Shown piece after piece: positions 1 to 10,271 of a stretch of 39,864 nt of DNA (position 1 is the stretch's first letter; every line of letters starts with the position of its first letter). This DNA comes from Trichosphaerium sp. ATCC 40318 (lineage: Eukaryota; Protista; Tubulinea). The stretch is taken from contig JALMLS010000314.1 in NCBI GenBank assembly GCA_038496445.1, forward strand, positions 1 to 39,864, given 5' to 3'. The position numbers and the translations under genes were made by a program. Below the pieces are notes generated by a model. It saw only the letters and a program-made list of their open reading frames with translations. It did no database searches and was not told where the DNA came from.

Positions 1-425
1 TGCCCGCGATTTGACACAACTGATGACCAACAATCAAGTACCAATAATGTAAATCTCGAACTAGAGTCTTCACAAAAAAACACAATGTGAAATCGAGAAA
101 CTAAAGAAAATCAACGTAAATATGAAGGAACTTCATGAGATATACATGCAAGGCAACAACAAGATATAGCCAGCTTAGACCAAGACAATATCATCTTACA
201 AAGAAACGTCAATCACCATCAAAAAGAAAATGCCAACTTATCTCAAATTATCAACACCCTAAAGCAAGATAATTCGAGCCAGCAACAAGAAATTACCAAC
301 TTATCACAAATTATCAACACCCTAAAGCAAGATAATTCAACTCAGCAACAAGAAATTATCACTTATCACAAACCGTCACTACCCTACTTGCCAAAATAGC
401 CCAACTTGAAGGTAGCAAGAAGTAG
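1..425 (+). CDS. 3' end (coiled-coil exon) of a third ankyrin-PARP gene copy, partial, with 1-bp indels relative to 29507-29933
   Basis: Reverse complement of the last exon of the 29507-34234 gene. Stop TAG at 423-425, AATAAA at about 454. Four single-base indels break the frame (sequence error or pseudogenisation). Confidence 0.75.
235..375 (+). repeat. 63-bp (21-aa, 3-heptad) tandem repeat in coiled-coil tail; mirror copy at about 29560-29700
   Basis: NLSQIINTLKQDNSSQQQEIT / NLSQIINTLKQDNSTQQQEII / NLSQT units. Confidence 0.85.
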
Positions 426-918
426 CTCCAATGTACAAGCATCCCGTAGCACAAATAAACATTTCCTTTACTTATTGTACTCTTTATTTGCACATGTTAA
501 AAAGATGATGTAAATGTTGCTGTGTGCATCAATTTCAATGTGCCTCTGTTATGACCCAACAATTATTAGAGGTTATATCATTGTCCAGATGAACTTTGTA
601 ATAGTAAGTTCTGCTTTAACTGGCGCTTCTGTGCTTTATGTGTCTAACGGTGGTTGCTGCACTACTAGATCAATTATCAATCCCTTATCATTTTATCTTG
701 TGTTGTAGGATCACGTGGGAATGAATAAAACAGATCACAAACTGGAGTTAACAGTAGCAACAGCACTTATTAAGAGCGCCTAACACAGTGCTGTACTAAT
801 ACATGAGCTAGCTGGTAAACATTGCTCACAAAGTCAAATCAATATCCGCGATGTGAATTCAGCTAATATGACTTTTGCTTGAACAATAAGTCCAAGTCAC
901 AACAAAACCAACCCTGAG

Positions 919-1773
919 ATGGCCGCTAATGGAAACGATTCTAGCCTTATTGATATCATGCCTCTAGAGCTGCTATGCGCTATTTTTACTCAAATGGCAT
1001 CAAATAAGACTCGCTGTACTGCAGGACAATGTTGTAGGCTTTTTTCTACTATAATACACGATTATGTTGGCTATTACGCAGTTAGAGTTACAGAACAAAA
1101 TTGTAGGCAAATTATACCTTGTAAGGCTATCATACGTCATTCTATGATAAGATTTTACGATTTGGCTCCTATATTTCTATTCACTGGTTTAAAAAAAGTG
1201 CGTTTTTCTTATGGTAGTGGATCACGTGTCACGGACGAGATTGTTCGATGCTTAACAGGGGTTCACACTATTAATATAACATCTTGTCGGTTGATAAGTG
1301 GCAAAAGTCTGAAGGCATTCCGTGGCGCACATACTGTTATTCTTCAAGGATCATGTGATTTCAATGGCAAAGGAAAAAACTACTTCAAAGGTGTTCACAC
1401 CCTTAGATTAGGTTTTTATCCAAGGCCTACCTACTCTGGTCGTTGGATAGCTTCACTAGCAGGTATACATACATTGGACATTGGCCTATCAGTGAGTAGT
1501 ATTGGTATTAAAAACGAACATATAGCAGCACTTGCTGGTATCTCGGAACTGGTTTTGTCAGGTGCTTCATTCTTGACTGATGAGGGTATAATACCTTTGA
1601 AAGGTATTAAGATATTACGTATTAGTAACTGTAGTGTTACTGCAAAAGGTATTCATTGGTTACTACCTGAGCTTAAGGTTTTTGACATCTATGAGTGTGA
1701 TACTATTTCTAAAGAAGAATTTAAAGATATCTTAACTAAAATGTTAACCTACAAAGAACAACGTACGGACTGA
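919..1773 (+). CDS. F-box + leucine-rich repeat protein, intronless
   Basis: N-terminal F-box-like IDIMPLELLCAIF...CCRLF, followed by GVHTI/GAHTV/GIHTL-type LRRs. AATAAA at about 1864. Confidence 0.8.
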   Translation: MAANGNDSSLIDIMPLELLCAIFTQMASNKTRCTAGQCCRLFSTIIHDYVGYYAVRVTEQNCRQIIPCKAIIRHSMIRFYDLAPIFLFTGLKKVRFSYGSGSRVTDEIVRCLTGVHTINITSCRLISGKSLKAFRGAHTVILQGSCDFNGKGKNYFKGVHTLRLGFYPRPTYSGRWIASLAGIHTLDIGLSVSSIGIKNEHIAALAGISELVLSGASFLTDEGIIPLKGIKILRISNCSVTAKGIHWLLPELKVFDIYECDTISKEEFKDILTKMLTYKEQRTD

Positions 1774-2243
1774 CTCTTGACAAGCTTTGTGATATCACAA
1801 TCAAACATAGGAATTAGTTTGTGTTATTTTTGATGAATATAGTGACTGTAAATAGAGAAAATTAATAAATAAACACTGGAAGGAACATTTCCGAAAAGTT
1901 ATTTTCTTACTTATGCTATCGATTTCCCCTTTCAATTACCTGAGAAAGAACTGTGATTCATGTAAATTAATAGCCACTGTAGCGTCCTACTAATTAAGAA
2001 CAGCGAAGTATGCGTACATGGGCATTGTAAAAAGTAATTGAAAAAAAAAAGCATTCAAAATCTCGAAATGTTGTTCTAGCCTAAGAAACTTTGTCGTGTT
2101 TTTAAACGACTAAGCTACATGCATTAGCAAACGCGGTACCTGAGTGATGTAAAACCTGTCACAACAGGTTTTCGATTCACAACAGATAAGCTAGCTTTCA
2201 CATGTATTTCTTTGTTCACGGTTAGTTAATAATCGCACGTAGA

Positions 2244-4143
2244 ATGTTGTACACGGCCATAATTTTCTCTGTATGCGCTATTGTATTCATGTATTGGCTG
2301 TTTCAACGTAAAACAGATATTCCAGGACCAAAAGGATATCCTCTTATTGGTAGCTTATTAGATGTAATAAAATCACCTGAAAACCGACTTGATTTATTCG
2401 AAGAGGCACGTTTAAAAAAACAATTTTCAATCAAAACCCACGTGATATTTTTTTTTTGACATTCTATGTTAGTGGCGGCAAAAATATGGAGATGTTTATC
2501 AAGTTAGCGTGTTTGGAAAGAAAATGGTGTTCATTTCTGATTTTGAAGATATGAGGACTGTACTGAAGCATAAAAACATCTTTATATCAGACATAGTGTC
2601 AAACCCAAGAGCAGTGGAGGTTCGGCTTGAAAGTATCTTTTTTTTTTTTTTGGTTTTTTGATTTTTACCACGCACGTGCTTTTGATCTGAATCGATACTA
2701 GTCACTTAAGCTTGATCTTTCTTTGGGACTTCAAAAGGGTCATAACTGGAAGGTGATGAGAAAGTTGGTAGCCCCTGGTTTTACGAATAAATACTTGAGA
2801 TCCAAGTTTGATGGGATTTTGCATGTGCTTGCATCACAGACATATGAACTTGAGAGCTTTGCAAAGAGCGGTGAATGTATAGTTGATCCTTATAAGTTTA
2901 CATCAAGAATGACTCTTGGCGTTATATCTCAATTACTTTTTAAGATAGACAAGTTTGAAGGTAAGCTCTTTTCATAGTATTTATTATTTTGAAAATCTCA
3001 AAAAAAAAGATGAACAGAAAGAGCGTCAGTTGCTTGATGCTTTTGGAGCATTATTGGTTGTTCTTGTAAGAAGAGACTCGTTTGCTTTTGATTATTGGAA
3101 AATACCTTTATTGGTGCCAAAGGTACCAATATTAAACGGCTTTTTGGAACAGTCTCTGACAACTTGAAAACAAGGAGGAAAAAGCCTTTATGCATTCAAT
3201 GGACAATGTTGTCATTCCTTTCATTAAGCAAGTCATGGAGAAAGCAGAAAATAACCTAAAGATTCCTGGATACAAACCTCAAAATATAGTAGAGGTACTC
3301 GAAATACAACACCAGAAGCTAACAAATTAAATTTTTTTAGGAAATGCTTGTTGAAAAAGATGGAGAAATATGGACTTCTGAAAGCATTTTGTCTAATATT
3401 CTTGGTATCTATCTTGCAGGAGTTGAAACAACTGCTTCTGTGATGGTTTCTGTGATGTATGTTTTGTGCAAATATCCTGAGTTTCAGGACATCATCTACA
3501 ACGAGGTTGAACCAATGATGAAGAAAGAAAATCCCGATTTCGCTGATTTTATGAATAACACAAAACTCCTGAACTTTGTGAAAGAAGTACTTCGTCTATA
3601 CGGACCTATACTCTTGTTATTCAGAAAACCGATAAAACCATATAAATTACAATCAAAACATGGGAGTACGACTTATAAACTTTCGCCAAAAAAAATCTCT
3701 TTTTTTTCTTACCTTATATTTTTTAACACGTGGGTTTTTCTGTAGCGTTTGAGATTCCTGCAGGCGCTAATGTAATTCTTAATACTCAATCTGGTTACCA
3801 AGATGAAACTAACTATGTAGATGCTAAGATTTTCAACCCAGATAGATACAATAGCCCAGGTAAGATAACAACCTCGTTGCATTTCGTTTTTTTCAAAAAA
3901 GACAGAAACAGAAATCTAACCTTGTTAGGAGTCACTCCGTACTTTGGGTTTGGCGGTGTTCCCCGCATTTGTCCAGGCCAGCATTTGGCTATTATAGAGT
4001 TAGCAATACTATCTGCAGTGATGTGTTATCACTTCCGTATATCACCTGCACCTGGATGCATTCTAGAAGACGTAAAGTTTGTTTCAAAGCCTGCAGTAAG
4101 ATGCAAAGGTCTTTCAGTGCAACTATCAATGCGTCAAGTATAA
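2244..4143 (+). CDS. Cytochrome P450 (8 exons by eye)
   Basis: N-terminal TM anchor, PGPKGYPLIG proline hinge, I-helix AGVETT, EVLR (ExxR), PDRY, heme motif FGGVPRICPG. Introns rejoin the ORF fragments in frame; the first intron 2406-2472 is GC-AG. Confidence 0.93.
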
Positions 4144-4543
4144 AAATACATATTTAACAATGTATTAATAAAACATACACAAAGGGGGTACTCCTAAATG
4201 AAGTTACCGGGCTGGCGATTGATAAAAGCCTGAAAATTGGGTAGAAAACAATTAAAAAAGTATTCACATTGAGTACCTCTGTTGTGATCAATAGTTAAAG
4301 ACTAGCTTTGGTAGAGATATGTGATGCAGTCAAAGTAGAGTCTTCGAATCTATTTAAAACGCGTTTCAAAGCTACATAGTGTGACGAGTAGCCAAGTTCA
4401 AGGATTTAACATTAACTGACCACTGAATAGAATTAACGATAGTACGATCCACTCTTACGGGTGCTACACGCAAAAAAATACATCCTACGTAAGTTAGAAC
4501 CCCCGAAATGGTCAGATTTTTAAACAAGATTTACATAGCATAA

Positions 4544-4555
4544 TATCACGTGATA
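4544..4555. promoter_or_regulatory. 12-bp palindrome TATCACGTGATA (E/G-box core) about 75 bp upstream of the F-box-LRR start
   Basis: Perfect palindrome, conserved in the mirror arm at about 24225-24236. Function is inferred only. Confidence 0.35.
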
Positions 4556-4628
4556 ATCATACAAAACAACTAAACACACACGAAATACGCGTCGACACAC
4601 ATTGAAATTTCGATAAAAATACAAAACA

Positions 4629-5846
4629 ATGCAATCTGTAGACACCCTCATACACCTTCCAATAGAACTATTAGTGCGTATTCTCAGCTACAATCTAGAC
4701 TTAGATATGGACTCTATATCATGTGTTTGTCGTTTGTTGTCGATTATTGCCGATCAACACATCCAATACATCTCAACGCGTTACATAAGGTTAAAAACAA
4801 AGACAGACGTTTACAGACTTTTACTGTACCCACGATTACTCACAAAGGCTAGAATAACATGCTACCCGTCCATATCGAACAGAAGACTATTAAAACTATC
4901 AGGTGTACGTAATATAGCTTTAAGGAGAGCTAGTAGAATCACAGATAAAGGTCTATTTGCACTCTCGGGAGTACATTGCATAGATTTATCCGGTTGTCAT
5001 TCTATCACAGGTGAAGGTTTTAAAGCGTTATCTGGAGTACATACAATAAAACTAAGTGACTGTTGTCGTATCACAGATGAAGGTTTATCCTATCTGTCTG
5101 GAGTTTATTATATTGACTTGTCGGATACCTTTGTTACTGACAAAGGAATTCAAGCGTTACAAGGTGTTCACACAATAAACTTGTCAATGTGCTCAAGAAT
5201 AACCGATAAGGGAATATCTTATCTATCAGGTGTTCATACTATAAGTCTCAAGTATACAAAGGTAGGTGATGTTGGGATCAAATCACTTTCTGGTGTACAT
5301 GCTATTGATTTAGAAGACTGTGAGAATATTACAGATGAAGGTATTAAGTCATTGGCTGGTGTTCATACAATTAACTTACAGTACACTCATGCTACTGATG
5401 ATAGTATTAAATGTCTTTCTGGTGTTTATAGTATAAAGTTAAGTGAAACAGAAGTAACAGATGAAGGTTTAAAATCGCTCTCTGGCGTTCACACTATTTG
5501 GTTGGTAGATTGTAAAAATATCACAAATCTTGGTGTTAGAGCTTTAGCTGGTGCTCATACAATTAATCTTCAGTATTGTCATCAAATAACTGACTCTGGT
5601 ATTGTACCTCTTGCTGGTGTACATACTATAGGATTATCGGCAACAAATGTTACAGATAGAGGTGTAAAAGCTCTTGTTGGTGCTCATACTATTTATTTAG
5701 GTCAAACAAAAGTCACCAATGAAGGTGTTGAAGCACTTGCAAAAGAAGCTGATACAATATCATTACATAATTGTCGTGGAGTAAATGCACTTGGTGTTAG
5801 AGTTATATCTAAGGCTTTTTTACAAAGAAGATTGGTAGGGTTGTAA
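4629..5846 (+). CDS. F-box + leucine-rich repeat protein (about 12-13 LRRs), intronless
   Basis: F-box LIHLPIELLVRILSY...CVCRLL, then 21-23-aa repeats of type ITDEGxxxLSGVHTIxL. AATAAA at about 5887. Confidence 0.92.
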   Translation: MQSVDTLIHLPIELLVRILSYNLDLDMDSISCVCRLLSIIADQHIQYISTRYIRLKTKTDVYRLLLYPRLLTKARITCYPSISNRRLLKLSGVRNIALRRASRITDKGLFALSGVHCIDLSGCHSITGEGFKALSGVHTIKLSDCCRITDEGLSYLSGVYYIDLSDTFVTDKGIQALQGVHTINLSMCSRITDKGISYLSGVHTISLKYTKVGDVGIKSLSGVHAIDLEDCENITDEGIKSLAGVHTINLQYTHATDDSIKCLSGVYSIKLSETEVTDEGLKSLSGVHTIWLVDCKNITNLGVRALAGAHTINLQYCHQITDSGIVPLAGVHTIGLSATNVTDRGVKALVGAHTIYLGQTKVTNEGVEALAKEADTISLHNCRGVNALGVRVISKAFLQRRLVGL

Positions 5847-6195
5847 GCGAAAAGACATTTTCAAACACCTTAGTCAGTGTTCTATTAATAAAAATACTTC
5901 AATGTTAATCCACCTGTCACTGGCCACTCAAACTTTTTTCCAACCTCACATACAACATTTGTAAGAGCTTAAATTCACCAGGGCAATATGTATGCCTCGT
6001 ATACAGAACTTGAAGTCTCCACTGTTTGTTGATTAGGCAAGCTTGTATTATTTTCTAATGACATTGATTCGATTCATTACAAACACAAAAACGGTTGAAA
6101 GCAGCATTGACTTATGCATTCATTCCTTGCTGTTGAGGAACTAGGTGTGGAAATAGTGTAAAAAGTATCAATTTATTTTGACGAATCTTGTTTTT

Positions 6196-6708
6196 TTAAT
6201 GCAACCACGTGCGTTTTCTATTCTTATCAATAATGTATGCTTTTTCAATTGTACCATCTTCATTCCAATACTCGGATTTACCTATTTCCTTACCATCTTT
6301 GTATGTCTTTTTCATGTACACCTTACCACTTGCGTACCATTTAGTACAATCCCCTTCTAATACATTATTGTTGTAGCAACAAACTTCATAGAGTTGCCCG
6401 TTTTGATACCATTTCCTTGATACGCCACTTCTTTGTCCGTTTTTAAACCCAAGTTCGGTCTTTTTGGTTCCATTCTTATGCCATTGTGTACATAGACCAT
6501 CACGTACGCCCATAGTAAAAGATTGTACTTCTACAAGCTGTTGAAAGGCCCACTTTTTAAAAACACCGTTTTTTACCAAATCGTATGAGAATCTAGATGT
6601 CGTTGCTGTTTGCTTGCATAGTAGTGGCCAAACTACAAAAACAGACTTATCAATAGATGTAATAATATAGTGAAGTTCAGTGGGTATGCCCAAAAGCGAC
6701 GAAGCCAT
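6196..6708 (-). CDS. F-box-like + MORN-variant (YwqK-type) repeat protein, intronless
   Basis: N-terminal LLGIPTELHYII...LLCKQ, then repeats of G.x.x.x.W(Y/H).NG such as DGLCTQWHKNG, SGVSRKWYQNG, EGDCTKWYASG. Confidence 0.82.
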   Translation of the reverse strand: MASSLLGIPTELHYIITSIDKSVFVVWPLLCKQTATTSRFSYDLVKNGVFKKWAFQQLVEVQSFTMGVRDGLCTQWHKNGTKKTELGFKNGQRSGVSRKWYQNGQLYEVCCYNNNVLEGDCTKWYASGKVYMKKTYKDGKEIGKSEYWNEDGTIEKAYIIDKNRKRTWLH

Positions 6709-7494
6709 TACACTAAGTTTGTTGGCCTGCTACGCCAATTTCAAATAAAACTATTGGTGTAGGTTAAGTTCGTATAGTGGTTAAGATAGTGTAAACTTGT
6801 GACAGTATAAAGAAGTATTTTACTGGCGTTTGATAAGTGAGATGTAGTTGTTTAAGTACGGTAGTATCGTAAAACAACATCAGTAGTTCTATACAAGGGC
6901 AGATTACGATTCAAAAAGTTTTTGTGTTGATTGATTGAATGTTTCAATTGATTTATGTAATTTGTTGTATATGTACAAGAGATAACTCCAAATTAATAAA
7001 TGGGAAGGGTCTCTGGCTACGTGATCCAGGGGATCGAAGTTGAGTGAGACGTATTCTCTCCAATTTGGTATTGTAGATCAACAAGAACGCGTGAATCTAA
7101 GGTCTGCAATTGTTGGCTGATGGCAAGCATAAGTTTAGTATCACAAGCTTCAAGGTAGCTAGATCGTAATCACATCGGCAAACTTGTTACCATAAGGCTA
7201 GCTTTCTCTTAAAGTCCAACTTTTTACGTCGTCCAACAGCCGATCTCAATTTCTAGTTTCTCAAAGCTTGCAAATGTTTATCAGACGTAGTTCACCATCA
7301 TGGTGGTTACATTAGAATTCGTATCACGTGTTATTCTCATATTGCCGGGGAGCTCGCTACTAAAGAACACCAAAATAGTGTTATACACACAGCCCTACAG
7401 ATAAAGATCTACATATCTACAGTTGACCACAGTGGTTTTCATAAGGTCGCTGGCTTAACTATCGTCGTATTTTTTTTCTTTCTAAACAACAATA

Positions 7495-8526
7495 ATGCTT
7501 ATGCCTAAATCAGAACTACACAAAGCTGTACTGGCAAATGATATTGAAACAGTTGAAAAATTACTTCAAGAAGGCGCAAACCCCAATGAAACTATTACGC
7601 TCATACATGTTGCGTTACGCACAGACGAACAAGTCAATTGCCAGGAAGCGATACCAAACATAGAAATAATTTCGATGCTCCTCAAATACAATGCAGACGT
7701 CAATGGCCTTTATGTTTATGATAAAAGGAACCGACATAAAAGAACAGTAGCTTTTCAAGAGATCTTGTCTCTGACGCTTGAAAACCCTTCCGAGTACTAT
7801 GACCTTTTGAAACTTGGTCTATCAAAAGGTGGTGATGTAAATACTTCAGAGACAATAAATAGAGCAGGAAGTTATGGCCATTTTACAAAAACATTGCTTA
7901 CAAAAGCAGTTGATAATCCTGTTATCCTCCAAATGCTACTCGAGACACCTGGCACTGATCCTGATGCCTATAATTTTACAAAAGATTGTTTCTTTGACAC
8001 ACAATTTACAACATTACATCTCTTGCTTCAACAAAAAACAGATTTCAATGAGCTCTCAATGCTGTTATTACTTCACCATGGAGCTGATGTTAACAAGAAA
8101 AGAATTTCCAATTGTTATCGTGATTGCACAATATATGCTTCAGCCACACCTTTGCATTTGGCTATTAAATCAAAAGATGTTAGAAGAGTTTTGATTCTTC
8201 GTATGTTCAATGCAGATGTAACAATACCTTTCTCTTCTGGGGATCAAACATTAACTTGTATGCAAATGATTGATAAGTACATGTATACAAATTCGGAAGC
8301 TAAGGAATTGATGATATTGGCGTTAAATCAGAGATGGCATCCAAGATTACATCAATATTTTCCAAAGTTTTTTAGAGATCAAGTTTTTTACCTTATGCTC
8401 TGTATCAAACGTCTTCAACCTTATCTACCACCTGAACTAGTACAATATATAATATGTAAGGTTGTCAATGGAGAGTTTTTCGTACCAGAACTTATTGTCG
8501 ACCTTGAATTCTTCAATGTTGACTAA
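7495..8526 (+). CDS. Ankyrin-repeat protein with C-terminal WHP..H..FP...LPPEL motif, intronless
   Basis: ELHKAV...LLQEGANPN, LLKYNADVN, LLHHGADVN, TPLHLAI. C-terminal LPPELVQYII resembles an F-box/SOCS-box-like adaptor motif. AATAAA right after the stop. Confidence 0.85.
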   Translation: MLMPKSELHKAVLANDIETVEKLLQEGANPNETITLIHVALRTDEQVNCQEAIPNIEIISMLLKYNADVNGLYVYDKRNRHKRTVAFQEILSLTLENPSEYYDLLKLGLSKGGDVNTSETINRAGSYGHFTKTLLTKAVDNPVILQMLLETPGTDPDAYNFTKDCFFDTQFTTLHLLLQQKTDFNELSMLLLLHHGADVNKKRISNCYRDCTIYASATPLHLAIKSKDVRRVLILRMFNADVTIPFSSGDQTLTCMQMIDKYMYTNSEAKELMILALNQRWHPRLHQYFPKFFRDQVFYLMLCIKRLQPYLPPELVQYIICKVVNGEFFVPELIVDLEFFNVD

Positions 8527-9834
8527 TGAAATAAACACGTTTTATTTCACGAGTAATTTTGTTCTATAAATAAATACCACATGTTGTAAATGCCAGATTA
8601 CGTTTTCATCAATCACTTTTGCGTTGTAAAAGTGGGACATGTGTAACATTGCTCATACTATTGAGCTTTTAGACTTACCAACAGATTGTTGATTTTTTAC
8701 ATGTATTCACAGCTTCGGAATCTGTACAAGGGTTATTTCTGATCATTGGTAGTACAATAAAGCTGGGTGGTATTCACCGAGGCTACACAAAATAATTATC
8801 TTTAATTTTGTATCCAAGTACAACTGAAACTAGTTGTTTTAAGTTTTTGGAAAGGAATAACACAAAAAAAAATCCAATCTACTTTAATAGTTTTTCGCTA
8901 AAGGTGACTGAGAAGAAGGCCATTTCCATGAACTTCACCCGCTCAAATGCGGAGTTGACTCCCAAGAACATAGTAATAGTTATTTTTATTTATACTATTT
9001 GTTGTATGTTTCATTCTAGTTTAGACTGAATTTTAACAAAAAAAATCCAGTTTCTGCATGATCTGCCAGATCTGACGGATTTGACACTTCTGACAGATCT
9101 TGAAAATGTCATGTTTTAAATATGATCTATCCTCACACGCCTGTCCACATGATTTAATAAACATTGCAAACAATATTATTTACATATTTGACACTGACGT
9201 TTACAAAGCCTACTGGTGTTTTGGGAGGTTTTAATGATATTACACCTGTCTTGCTATTTGGGTGGTGCCATAGCGCTTTGTTGCGTAGGATAGGCGCTAG
9301 CGTATCGCTAGTAACTTATACATGTACGTTGCTTTTTCGAAGCAAAACATACAGTTTGAGTCATTCATACCATGTTTGGTAGTAATGCGATAGCTTTGTA
9401 GGCCATTGAAGCTTTTTTATTCGCCTTTAGCTCATTGATCACTCCTGTGGTTTGATCATACCTTGTACAGTTTGCGTAGTAAAATACTGCGATCATCTTC
9501 CATGGTCTATTGAAACTGACATTGAAAATTTTGTTACCATTTAAGGTAGGGTAAGTCATGAATACGAAGGACATTGCAGTGTAAATAGTTCACATTGTGA
9601 TAGATCTATACCATTTGACAGAAGTGTCAATTTTTGCTAGAAACTCACTTTCTAGAAAATATTAGTAAAACTCGAATGAGACAGACAATACATGGTAGCT
9701 GATGCCTAAAATAACACTTCCTAGTGTAAAAGGTGAAGCTTGAGTCACGTGATATAATTTAAACTAAGTAAAACTTGCTTTGGGAAACGCACAACCCAAA
9801 AAAATTGAAGAAAAATATACAGGTCTGAAAACCC

Positions 9835-9992
9835 ATGGCAGATGAAGGTATCTCATCAGCGGGTACATGTTTCATAGATTTTGCCTGGTGTGGGTTTATC
9901 ACAGATGCAGGCATTTCAGTATTAACTGGTGCGCATACAATATATTTAGAAGGAACATCAGTAGCATAGAATGGCCAGCATTGGTTGGTGAG
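9835..9992 (+). pseudogene. Degenerate LRR gene fragment
   Basis: ADEGIS..., FITDAGISVLTGAHTIYLEGT then stop. Homologous in inverted orientation to about 21265-21420. Confidence 0.6.
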
Positions 9993-10271
9993 TTTGTAGT
10001 TTTATTTACAAGGCAAATCCATGACTAGTACCATGAAATGCATTGTTCTAGCAAACAGATATCTGTAGCAACTCTATCAAGTATACAATATACATTCAAC
10101 ATAGTCTGTACTTGCGTTACATCAACCATTGATGAATAAACAAATAGCACTTGAACGTAGAACAAGGAAGCTACATTGGATTAGTTGTTTTGGTTTGGAT
10201 TATGCGATTTACTTGTTATAACATTGTTTATTTGTGTAAGGAGTATGGGTATTGCTTTTGCATTGTAGGTA

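Larger units (their letters stand above)
1..7408 (+). repeat. Left arm of large inverted duplication (continues beyond window start)
   Basis: Reverse complement of about 21685-29933. Same gene order (PARP tail, F-box-LRR, P450, F-box-LRR, F-box-MORN) with identical or near-identical proteins. Has about 320 bp extra at about 6799-7118. Confidence 0.97.

Noticed and set aside
514-708. 64-aa ORF conserved in both arms (also 29224-29418)
   Set aside because: Conservation simply reflects the near-identical duplication. No motif or coding signal.
1-900. Frameshifts in the left-arm PARP tail as programmed frameshifting or true pseudogenisation
   Set aside because: The 1-2-bp indels are mostly in homopolymers or dinucleotides and cluster at the window start. 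Consensus error is at least as likely and cannot be resolved without reads.
6799-7118. About 320-bp segment present only in the left arm, considered as a mobile element
   Set aside because: No terminal repeats or target duplication seen. A deletion in the right arm is equally plausible.
8591-8620. GCCAGATTACGT resembling the MITE TIR
   Set aside because: Only 12 bp match and no partner inverted end was found.
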